From positions 27,656 through 91,655 of the forward strand of contig JAPPMB010000167.1 in the NCBI GenBank assembly GCA_028819255.1: a DNA stretch of 64,000 bases. Reading direction: 5' to 3'. The DNA comes from Bryobacterales bacterium (GTDB lineage: Bacteria; Acidobacteriota; Terriglobia; Bryobacterales; UBA6623). Under the pieces are notes generated by a model. It was not told the origin of the DNA. It was given only the letters and a program-made list of their open reading frames with translations, and did no database searches. Of this stretch, positions 1-9,300 are shown piece after piece. Position 1 is the first letter of the stretch. Each line of letters starts with the position of its first letter. The translations under genes were made by a program, and so were the position numbers.

Positions 1-842
1 CCCAGGATCTCGCCTTCATGAAGCCGGAAACTCACATCGTCGAAGGCGCCTCTCCGGGAGAGCCCCCTGACGCGCAACAGCTCGCTTCCCGGCTTCTCGG
101 GCCGCTGCGACCGCTTGTCGACCCACGCTCGACCCACCATCCTCCGAATGAGAAACGACGAATCAAGGGTCCCTTCCAAGGCGTAGGTGCCTACGACACT
201 CCCATCCTTGAGGACTGTCGCCCGATCCGAGATCTGGAAGATCTCCTGGAGCCGATGCGACACGTAGACAATCGCCTTCCCTTCCCCCTTGAGCCTGCGG
301 AGGATTCTGAAGAGCCGCTTGAGTTCGCTCGAACCGAGCACGGCGGAGGGCTCGTCCAGGATCAGAACCTGAGCCGACACGGCAAGGGCTCGGGCGATCT
401 CCACGACTTGCTGGCTGGCGGCATCCAAGTCGCCGGCGGGCCGGTGGACATCCAACCTGAAGTCCAGTCGCCGGAGCAGCTGAATCGCGTCGCGATACAG
501 CCGCTTCCAGTTGACGAGTCCGAGGCCGGTTCTGGGCATTCGTCCGAGAAAGATGTTCTCTCCGACCGTCAGTCGCGGGACCAGTCCCGAGTGCTGGTGG
601 ACGATCGAGATCCCCAAGCGCAATGCATGGTGGGGGTTGTCGACGCTGATCCGGGAGCCGCTGAGGCGAATCGTGCCGGAGTCCGGCTGCAGGGCACCGG
701 AGATGACTTTCATCAGTGTGGATTTCCCTGCCCCGTTCTCGCCTACAAGCGCATGCACCTCGCCACTGCGAACGGAGAAGTCAACGCGGTCGAGGGCTCT
801 GGTGCCGCCGAAGTCCTTGACGATCCCTCTCGTTTCCAGCAT
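1..842 (-). CDS. sugar-type ABC transporter ATP-binding protein (tandem-NBD, RbsA/MglA-like); 3' end runs off the window
   Basis: Reverse translation from ATG at 842 gives MLETRGIVKDFGGTRALDRVDFSVRSGEVHALVGENGAGKSTLMK (Walker A) and VLILDEPSA (Walker B). A second NBD then begins (LLRVRGLSRRGAFDDVSFRLHEGEILG). It is absent from the ORF track because there is no stop inside the window. Track ORF 18..971 (+) is its antisense shadow. Confidence 0.85.
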   Translation of the reverse strand, partial: MLETRGIVKDFGGTRALDRVDFSVRSGEVHALVGENGAGKSTLMKVISGALQPDSGTIRLSGSRISVDNPHHALRLGISIVHQHSGLVPRLTVGENIFLGRMPRTGLGLVNWKRLYRDAIQLLRRLDFRLDVHRPAGDLDAASQQVVEIARALAVSAQVLILDEPSAVLGSSELKRLFRILRRLKGEGKAIVYVSHRLQEIFQISDRATVLKDGSVVGTYALEGTLDSSFLIRRMVGRAWVDKRSQRPEKPGSELLRVRGLSRRGAFDDVSFRLHEGEIL

Positions 843-1585
843 CGCTGCCCACTGTCCCACACCCTTGATCCCCAAGATCGCAGTTCCTCTCGATCAGGCG
901 GCATTCCGGGAAGAGACGCACGCGGCCCACCTAGGCCGCTGCTCTTGGCGAGAGGGTGCGGACGCAATTAGGGCTCCAGCCAAATCAGGTCGTCGTCTTG
1001 TGGTGCTGATTCGGCGCTCCGTTCGGGATGAGCGCCCCAGCAGACGATCAATGAGAGATTCTCTGCGATCCAGCCCATGCACGAAGAGAGGAGCCGTGGG
1101 CTGTGGGCCGGAGGCGCGGGCGGCCGCCGGCAGGCCGCGAGGTCGTGGCGTATCTAATCGGCGCGAACAGGACGAAGGTAGGCCCCAAGATCCAGTCCGA
1201 ACTCGACGAATACCCCTGCCAGACCGTCCGCAACGCGACGCAGGAGGAGATGGAGAGCCTTGCCATCCTGGAAGACAGATTTCGCAGCGAGTACGACGGC
1301 ACACCGGCACATCGATCAAGAAATGAGGAAGCCTTTGAGGCCAGAGTCCCAGGTAGTTCGATGGCCGGGTTTCAGCGTGTGCGGAACAGGACAGAGACGG
1401 GGAGCATTGCCCTAACGATCAGGCGGATCGCAAGCCGCTGACACAGGCACTGCGGAACGTCGCGAGCGAGTGGAAGTCACCGCCGCGGGCTGACCAGCCG
1501 CTGCCGACCGATTCCACATCGCTTTCGGTGATCGTGTCTGGATGCAGGACGACGCGTGTCCCTCTTCAGCCGTCAACACACTGAT

Positions 1586-2344
1586 TCAGACACTCCCCGC
1601 ACGGAACTTGGCCTCGAGCTCCTTGGTGCGCCGCAGCAGCACGGTGGTCTCGGCTTCGGCCCTCCACTCGGCCTCGGCCCTCTTGCGCCGCCGGACTGCT
1701 CTCCGGTGGGCTTGCCGTCCTTCCTCCGGCCAACAGTAGTCCGAACTGGTGACCAGGTCACGGACCCGGACATGGTACCCGGCCCGCCGGAAGCCCAGAC
1801 CAAGCACCCGACTCGCGTATCTCCTCCTCGCCGCTCACGATGCCCGCTGGCAGCATCGGCTCGTAGTCCCCCCAACCAGCCAATAGGCCCACATCGCCCG
1901 GTCCGCGGGCCCCGCTTCCGAATCGAAGAGAAAGTACTCCTCCACTCCCAGGTCGCGGTACAGGTCCTTCTTCGTCGTCTGGTCGTGCTCCCTTGTGGAC
2001 CGCGACAGCACCCCCAGCACGAAATCCGGAAGCCGCCCCCCATGCTTCGACGGCAGGTACACGTCCTCCGGCTCAAACCGCTCGCCAAGCCCCGCGAACA
2101 CGTCCGGCACCACCCTTTGCGGTTCCCGGCCCTCACGATGGCAAATGAACATGTCGCTCCCGAAGTACACGTCCTTGTCCTGAAGGTGTCCCTTCAGGGC
2201 GTGCAGGATGCTGGTCGGCGTATCTCTCTGGAAGGCGCTCTCGGGCATGGACTGGCCGCCAGTGGAGGGATAGTCCGCCCACTCGGGAGCGTCCTCGATC
2301 TCAACGTCACCCCCGGTATGCACCGCCGTTTGCTGCTCGGACAT
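1586..2344 (-). pseudogene. Uma2-family (DUF820) endonuclease, disrupted by two frameshifts
   Basis: From internal ATG 2344 the frame reads MSEQQTAVH...PDVFAGLG...GGRLPDFVLGVLS...KKDLYRDLGVEEYFLFD, which is Uma2-like. The frame breaks at a G6 run near 1875 (LVGG then DYEPMLPAG in another frame) and again near 1815. The C-terminal part continues in track ORF 1586..1807 (VLGLGFRRAGYHVRVRD...AEAEWRAEAE). Confidence 0.6.
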
Positions 2345-2928
2345 GCAATCTCTCCTGCGTTCAGGGAACATCCTGACCGCACTCTTTACACGGTGTACCG
2401 GCGCCCGGGAGCGACGGCACCGCGACACCGGAACAGAGCTGGCGGACGCCGATCGGACCAGAAGCCGGGAATGTCCTCCAAAGGGGCAGCCTGAGGAAGT
2501 ACATGTGGATGACGTTCCCAACAATGATCCGGGCAAGACGATTCACTGCAGTGTCCATGACCTGCCGGCGAATGTCGGCCGGTGAGCGTCGGGGAGGACC
2601 ACGAAAACTCGAATTCGCGGTGGCAACCCTGCGGCGCTGGTGGCGGGAAGTGCGGCGGGCACCTGGCTGGGGACCTAGCGACCGCTGATCTCCTGTGGCG
2701 GAGGCGGCAGGGTGAGTGTCTGAATCCCCGTAATTCATTCATACAACAGACGTTAACTTCCGGGTAGCAGCCGTGATTCCCCCATCCATTGCCACTTTTT
2801 GCACCGGAATCCAAATGACCATCCGAGCCGTCCCCGAACCGCACCGCACCGTGACTTGCTAACCGCTACTCGCGTTCAGCACCAGAAACTCGCTGTTGCC
2901 GAAGTCCGGCGATTTGTCCGGCGGGGCT

Positions 2929-3570
2929 CTACGCGCCAACCAGCGGTCGCAGCAGTTCATCGATGATGCGGTGCCACTCAGGGCGAGTGACTTCGACGAT
3001 CTTCATGTCGCCGACGGACACGCTGCAAATGACCACGTCGACATCCAGCGTGCGAAGCAGCGCAAGACTGCCCGCCAAGTCTCGGTAGTGCCCGCCGTCC
3101 TGAGCGACGACGAGCGTGTTCCATCCCCCGTGGTCCAGGTAAAGCGTGTCTCCCACGAACAGGTATGTCCTGCCGTGTGGCGAGCGGTAGCGGTAGCAGA
3201 CGCTGTTGTCCGTGTGCCCGGGCGTGTGAATCACCTCGATGCCCGCGTGCATCTCGGTGGCGGGCGAACTGAAGTACACGTCCGCCGGCATCGTGCCGGA
3301 CAGATACCGCTCGACGAGGGCGTGACAGCACAACTCCGAACCGAAGCGTTGCGCAACGTCGACCAGCGAGCGACTGACCTCGTGGCAGTGGCTCAGGTAG
3401 TGGTGGCTGATTCCACCCACGTCGCCGATTGCCTCGAAGTCGCCGGTGCTTCTCGGGTTGTAGAACAAGGCGTTGCCGGCGGGGCGGTCGAGCAGGTAGC
3501 CATGCACGGTCAACGAGGAGAACTGCTTCTGCTGGGCCGTCTGCCACAGGTCAGGAAAAAGACGTCTCAT
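2929..3570 (-). CDS. MBL-fold metallo-hydrolase
   Basis: 213-aa ORF with IEVIHTPGHTDNSVCY and LFVGDTLYLDHGG motifs typical of the metallo-beta-lactamase fold. Its start ATG overlaps the upstream gene's stop (ATGA at 3567-3570). Confidence 0.8.
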   Translation of the reverse strand: MRRLFPDLWQTAQQKQFSSLTVHGYLLDRPAGNALFYNPRSTGDFEAIGDVGGISHHYLSHCHEVSRSLVDVAQRFGSELCCHALVERYLSGTMPADVYFSSPATEMHAGIEVIHTPGHTDNSVCYRYRSPHGRTYLFVGDTLYLDHGGWNTLVVAQDGGHYRDLAGSLALLRTLDVDVVICSVSVGDMKIVEVTRPEWHRIIDELLRPLVGA

Positions 3571-4235
3571 CGCGTGCCGTCGTCCTCACCGGCTCCGGGC
3601 CGGAGATCCCGAAGCGCGCGCGCCAAGGCGGGTTTCCAGCGCGAGAACAGTGTAACCGAGTTCCATCCGCAGGCCAGCTCGATGTGTCGCTCCGAGGCCA
3701 TATCCAGGGTTCGCTCGACAGCTTCCGTTAGGGACCGCTTGTCCGTGCCAAACGGCGCGACTCGGTTTCCGTCGTCGTGAACAAGCACGATGTCACAGAC
3801 GAAGATGACGATCTCGTGCAGGTACATCGTGAATCCGGGTCCATGGCCGCCGATGTGGTAACCGTCGAAGGGACCGCGCCGGAAGTCGTCGCTGTGGAGT
3901 TTATCGAACCGATAGCCCCGCGCGATCGGATGCGTGGCCTCAACCTCGTGGACGCAGACTTCCGCCCCTCAATGCTCGCGGTACCGCCGGCTTGCCCTCA
4001 GGAAGTCCTTGTGCGTGAAGAAGATCGCGTCCACCGGTTTGAGCGTAGTGTCGAACGCGCACGGACAGTTGACCCGCAACGGACCTTGATCGGTCTCGAT
4101 GCGAAAACACCAACTCCCGAGGTTCGGTTCCGAGTGCAGTCGACTCACGCGATCGGCCACCGGCGTGGACACGACCCTGGACCGGCGGTCCGCCTGCTCG
4201 GGTGTGACGAAGCGGTCGCGAGACGCCCCGCACAA
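3567..4235 (-). pseudogene. diverged paralog of the adjacent MBL-fold hydrolase, interrupted by an in-frame TGA (3969-3971)
   Basis: Track ORFs 3969..4235 and 3567..3827 are in the same frame. Joined they read ...AIFFTHKDFLRASRRYREH*GAEVCVHEVE...GYHIGGHGPGFTMY...VLVHDDG, collinear with the neighbour (..SHCHEVS..QRFGSELCCHALVE..HTPGHTDNS..). Confidence 0.5.
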
Positions 4236-4449
4236 CCTGCATTAGTCCGGCACCTCCTCGTAGAAGCGCTGCCCGGACTGCCCGCAGATCGAGAGCGACA
4301 CAACGACATCCATCGTGCACCGTATCCAGACCGTTTCGCGCCGTCAAGGCACCCGCTTGCGGACCCGCTCGGGCACCGAATCGTCCGCGGAGGCGGGCCG
4401 GTCCGCACCGCCGCCGCCGCCACCCGCGGCATCGTCGGGCCGACGCGCG

Positions 4450-4827
4450 CTACTCCTGCTTCTTGCTGAGGTAGGGATGATCCGGGTCCGCTCGCGCCCA
4501 TTCCGCCGGATCAAATCCCTCTACAGCGAAGGTGAAGTTCGGAGGCGTAACATCCGTGCGCAGGTGCTTGATCGACTGGTATTCGTCGGAACGCCAGAAA
4601 CTCTGCAGGGCCTCCATGGACGGGAATCGGAACAGCGTGAAGCGGGCTCCGTCGTTCCAGTCTCCCTCGTAGTGGTCCATAAACTGGTCCGTCGCGCCGG
4701 CGACGAGAAGCTCGCCGCCGTGCTTCTCCAGCAAGGGGTGCGTCGCTCGACCATAAGCTTCCAGCGAGCCGTGCCCTTCACGCATGAAGGAACTGGCGAC
4801 GAGATAGGCAGGTTTCGGTTTGGCCAT
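4450..4827 (-). CDS. DUF1330 domain protein
   Basis: From internal ATG 4827: MAKPKPAYLVASSFM...GARFTLFRFPSMEALQSFWRSDEYQSIKHLR. This matches the DUF1330 pattern (..FPS.eaa..wy.S.eYq....R). The track's longer N-terminal extension looks non-coding. Confidence 0.75.
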   Translation of the reverse strand: MAKPKPAYLVASSFMREGHGSLEAYGRATHPLLEKHGGELLVAGATDQFMDHYEGDWNDGARFTLFRFPSMEALQSFWRSDEYQSIKHLRTDVTPPNFTFAVEGFDPAEWARADPDHPYLSKKQE

Positions 4828-5212
4828 GGCGCTCCTCCGTGGCTGAACGCCCGAAACGGTCGACGCCAGTCTCGGGCGCGTGTGGTTCAGTAGCCGGGAC
4901 GCGGAATCAGGGCCTCCACTGAGGCTCCATTCGCGTCTCACACTACCGATTACAACATTCTGGGTGGATGTGGAAGGAACTGCATAGCCTTGTCTTGACA
5001 AGTACCCGCTTGGCTCCGGCCGCTAGTGGTCGGCCCGAGCCTTTCGCTCGGCATGTGCGTCGGGAACTCGGTCGGGACGCGCTGGCTGTGGACGACCATC
5101 GAGCAGCAGGTCGAGGTGTTGGCGGTGCTCTACCTGGACATAGAGGAGGCTCGCACGGCAGCCGCGGCCGGCTCTGGAATCTGGAGGTGCAAGGTCTGGC
5201 TGACGAACTGTA

Positions 5213-5243
5213 CCCAAGTTCACCAAGAAGTGGTGAACTTGGG
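5213..5243. terminator. perfect 12-bp stem / 7-nt loop hairpin about 100 nt downstream of mksG
   Basis: CCCAAGTTCACC-aagaagt-GGTGAACTTGGG, read directly from the sequence. It lies between the mksG stop (5341) and the DUF1330 start (4827). There is no clear U-tract on either strand, so the terminator call is tentative. Confidence 0.35.
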
Positions 5244-5340
5244 CTTGGCTCCCGAGTTCGAGGAGTTGCCTGCGGGACAACGCGGCACTGGGCAAAATCA
5301 GCACCTGACACGCTTGCTGGAATTCGGATCGCCTGGGCCC

Positions 5341-6330
5341 TCAGTTCCCGGAACGGCCCTGCAACGTGCTTTCAAGGGCGGCAGGGAACCTGGGATCGAT
5401 GACGATGCTCTCCTGTTCGAGCATCAGGCCCCGACGAGCAAGTTCCCGCACCGATTTGGGTGCATCGGACAGGTCCAGATCGTCCGGCCATGTCGCCTTG
5501 AGCCCAGTGCGTCCGGCAGACTCGAACCAGAAGCCGGGCAGAAACCATAGGAGGTCGCGCCGGCTCTCCTTGAGGTGTCTGTAGATCTTGACCCCGTTCG
5601 GATCAATGTCGCCGAAATGCATGAATGGCGTGGAAGGCAGAGCCTGCAGGAGATGGATGCCTGGCTGGGTGTCCCATCCGGGAACATGCGCCACCAGCCA
5701 GCCGGGCACCCTTGGGACGTCACGCCAAGCTCCGAGGTTCTCGACCAGCAGCGCGGCCCGAATGGCGCCCCGAAAGGCAAGGCCGTCCATGAACGCCCGC
5801 TCAGGGATCGAGGCCTCGCCCAAGATCCTGGCGACCTCCGAAATGTTGAGGGAACCATGGGTTGTTTGCAGAGTGATCCCATCCGGAGGCCGCAGCCGGA
5901 TGGCGCCGTCGTGTGTCGTCTCGACCCGACCCAACGGTGCGCGCCGGCCTCCGCCGAGGCTTGATTTGGAATTTGGCGCGAGGATGGCTGCGGCCGTCCG
6001 CCGGTTGATCCGTGGCGGCAGTTGCGGAACGAAGTCGGCGCGTCTCGCGTCGCCCAGCCGCTTGTAGCCCTCGGGTGTGGGTTTCAGGCCCCGGGCCTCG
6101 AGGTCCGCGAGCTCGGACCTCCAGTCGGGCCAGACCCGGCTGAGAAGCTCGGTCAGGCGGGTCTCGCGCTCGACGACAAGAGCAAGCTCGTTGCGGCGGC
6201 CGGTGGCTCGGGTCCACGGCAGCTCCGACAGGGCGTCAAAGGCTTCGGACTGAGAGCGTCTCCGCCTGAGCGTCTTCCTCGAGTGGAGTTCGAGGAGCGC
6301 CAGCCGCGCCCGGCTCGATTGCCAGTTCAT
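5341..6330 (-). CDS. mksG: MksG/JetD-like Toprim nuclease subunit (DUF2220-like)
   Basis: 329-aa ORF. Toprim-type acidic motifs are present: ALLVENLGAW (Glu) and FMHFGDIDPNGVKIY (DxD). It is the last gene of the operon, and its ATG overlaps the mksB stop (ATGA at 6327-6330). Confidence 0.8.
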   Translation of the reverse strand: MNWQSSRARLALLELHSRKTLRRRRSQSEAFDALSELPWTRATGRRNELALVVERETRLTELLSRVWPDWRSELADLEARGLKPTPEGYKRLGDARRADFVPQLPPRINRRTAAAILAPNSKSSLGGGRRAPLGRVETTHDGAIRLRPPDGITLQTTHGSLNISEVARILGEASIPERAFMDGLAFRGAIRAALLVENLGAWRDVPRVPGWLVAHVPGWDTQPGIHLLQALPSTPFMHFGDIDPNGVKIYRHLKESRRDLLWFLPGFWFESAGRTGLKATWPDDLDLSDAPKSVRELARRGLMLEQESIVIDPRFPAALESTLQGRSGN

Positions 6331-9300
6331 CCTCTTGCCACAAGCCTCCGGCCGCTCACCTTGACTTCCTCCCGTCCGCCTTCTGTCGTCCGAACCAGGC
6401 GGTACGTCGTGTTTCCGTGCGCCTTGGCCACTTCGGGCGAGGCGATCATGAGCTGCAGGTCCAGTGCGCTGCAGAGGTCGAAGAGAACGGCAAGGTTGTT
6501 CTGCGACAGCCGGCTGGCCTCGTCGAGGAACAGGAAGCGAAGGGATCCGAAGTTCCTCTTGCGGCGGAGGAGGTTCGCGTCTCGCTCCCAGGCGGTCAGC
6601 ACCACCATCATCAAGGCCGCGCCGACGCCAATCGCTTCTCCTGTAGACAGTCGCGTTGGTCTTGCGCTCTCGAACTCGAACCCGCTCTTGCGCCGGACCT
6701 GCACCTGGAGGTTGATGTACTCCCGATAGTCGAGCACCCGGTGGGTCCCGGACTTCCCGCGGCCCCAGCGGCTGAAGATCCTCTCGAGCGCCTCCTCCAG
6801 TGGCAGCTCTTCCGAGAACAGCATCGTCTGGACCTCCCGTTCCCTCAGGGCGCGGAGCACCTGCTCCATTGACTCGTCGTTCTCGAGCCGAACCTGAATC
6901 TGCGCAATGCCGCCAAAGCCAACATCGCCAAGATCGCGGTTCAGCCGCCTGACCTGCGTTCTGGCCCTTCGAATCTGAACCTCGATTCCACGCTGAATGT
7001 CCTCGCTTGACCCCCTCAAATCGCTCTCCTGGCGCTCAAGCCTGGATTCCAGACGCTCCAGCTGGTCTTGCAGCCGCTGCAGCCCCTCATGCGGATCATC
7101 GACTTCCGCCAGCTGCGCGGGCAGCCGCCCCATCAGCCAGTTCCTCGCATTCGTCCAGATTTCGAGGCTCGACCAGCAGTAGTCCAAGCTCGACCGTCCG
7201 GGGTCGTCCGGAAACAGCGCAAGCAGATGCTCCGTTCCGCCGGCCTTCCTGAGAAGCTCCCTGAGCCTGCCCTCCCTGCGCTGGGCCAACTGCCTCTGTC
7301 GCTCCACCTCGTCCGGAGCTGCGCCGGTCTGTCCCGGCAGCCCGGTTTCCGTCCCAAGCTTCCGTCGGCCAACCTCTGCGGACAGGCGCGTCCAGCCTTC
7401 GGTCAGGGGCTCGGCCTCCCTCCGCCGTGTGTCAAATTTGCCCTCGGCCTTTTCCAAGGCCTTCGAGGCGTGCCGGCAATTGGTCTCACAGGATCCAACC
7501 TTCCTCTCGAGCTGAGAGCTGAGGTCCTCCGTCTCATCCTTCTCTTTCCTGAGACGCTTGATGTCCGTCCGGTTGGCTTTGGCGGCCTCGGGCGTGGGCG
7601 CGTCGATTCCTGTTCGTGCAAGTCGTTTGTCCGCCTCCTCGATCTGCTCGCGTGCAAGCTCCATCCGACTGGCCTGGTTCTTTCGGCGCCCCACGGCGTC
7701 CCTAAGGCTCGCCGAAGCATCGGCCTCCCTGCGCTGCGCCTTCTGGTTCTCCTTCTCGGCCTGATCCCTCTGCTCGATCAGCCGCGGGACGAGCCGCTCC
7801 TGCTGCTCAAGGGCATCGGCCGCATCAGACCAGGCCAGGGCGCTGCGGTTCTTGTTGACATCCTCGAGGGCCTCGATCGCAGCGGCCAGACGGTCTCGGT
7901 GCTCGCGAAGATCCTTGGCTTCGACTTGGAGAGCGCCAAGCTTCGAGTCCGTGAGCGGGGGAAACCGGAGGGATTCCCTGGTTTCGTACAGGTCTTTGGC
8001 GGAACTGGCACAGCGGCTCACTTCAGCCTGAGCGGCGGTCGCCCGCTCCAGATCCCGCTCGCAGGCCCTGGCTCGTTCCGAATAGTCCGGGGGATCGGCA
8101 ATCCGCGCGTCTGCCAGCACGGCACGAAGACTCTCCATCCGAGGCAACAGCGCCTCGTGCTCGGCTGCGACGCGACGGATGTCGCGCCGATGGGCGCGCG
8201 CTGCGTCCTGGGACCGGGCGATGCGCTCCCGGACAGAGGCGAGTGTGACCTGCGGATCCCCGTCGAGCCATAGGGCGTGGCCGGCAAGCAGCTCCTCGGT
8301 GTCGGCCCATTGCCGCTGAAGCAGCCTTCTCCGCACCTCGGCACGATCAAGTTCCTCCGCAGCCGCGTCGGCCTCGCCGCGCAACTCCGCAGCGCGCTGC
8401 TCCCTTGCCTTGAGGCCCAGACGAGGGTTCGCCGGAATCCGAGAGACTCTGAGCGCCTCGCCCCCCGGCACAGCGACATCGCGGTCGCCCACTCGGTAAT
8501 CCCCAGCACTCCCGTCAACATCCACGTCGATCTCGCCGCCCTTCACAAGCCACACGCTTGCGAGCTCTTCGGGTCGGGTTTGAACTGCCTGGGCTGCTTC
8601 TTGGGGATCGTCCACTACGATGGCGTCCCTCAGGGAGCCCAGGACTGCCTCGATCAAGCCGGCATCCTCGAGTTCCAGATCGTCAAACCGGCTTGCAAGG
8701 AGGTCTCCATCGAGATCTTCCCGGAGCCTCAGAAGGTCGCGGCCGAAGCCTCCGCCAGCCAGCAGGTCGCGTGCCTCCGCCCCGGCGCGGTCGACACGGT
8801 CGCCCAGCTGCTCGACAAGCCGCTCGGACCGCTGGAGATCCGCTGCAATGGTCTCGCGGGCCCGGTCGAGATCCTCGCGCGTGTCAAGCGTGTGGGACAC
8901 ATGTGTCCCGACCCGTCTTGCCCGCTCATCCAGCTCGTTCCATGCCGGAATGAGTCCCGTAAGACGTTTCTGTTCCCCATCTGCCTGCTCGATCAGGCGC
9001 TCGGCCCCCTCCAGGTCCGCCCGCAAGGCGGCCTCTTTCCGAGTGAGGGCCTCGCGCTTGGCCTCCAACCTCTTCAGGACGGCTGTGATCCGGTCGCCGA
9101 ACGGCTCGTCTCCGGACTCGACACCAAGTTCCGCAATCCGGGTCTGCGCGCTCGCCTGACACTCGGCCAGTTCACGGACCTCGGCAAGTTCGGTCTCCCT
9201 TCGTCCCACCTGCTGGGCCAAGATCTCCAGGCCGCGGTGCCTTCGAAGCAGCTCTTGCGCGGCCTCGTAGAGGGACTCATCCGGAACGGGCTCGTCGCTC

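Noticed and set aside
18-971. 317-aa plus-strand ORF at the left edge of the window.
   Set aside because: The opposite strand encodes an ABC ATPase with Walker A and Walker B motifs. This ORF is its antisense shadow.
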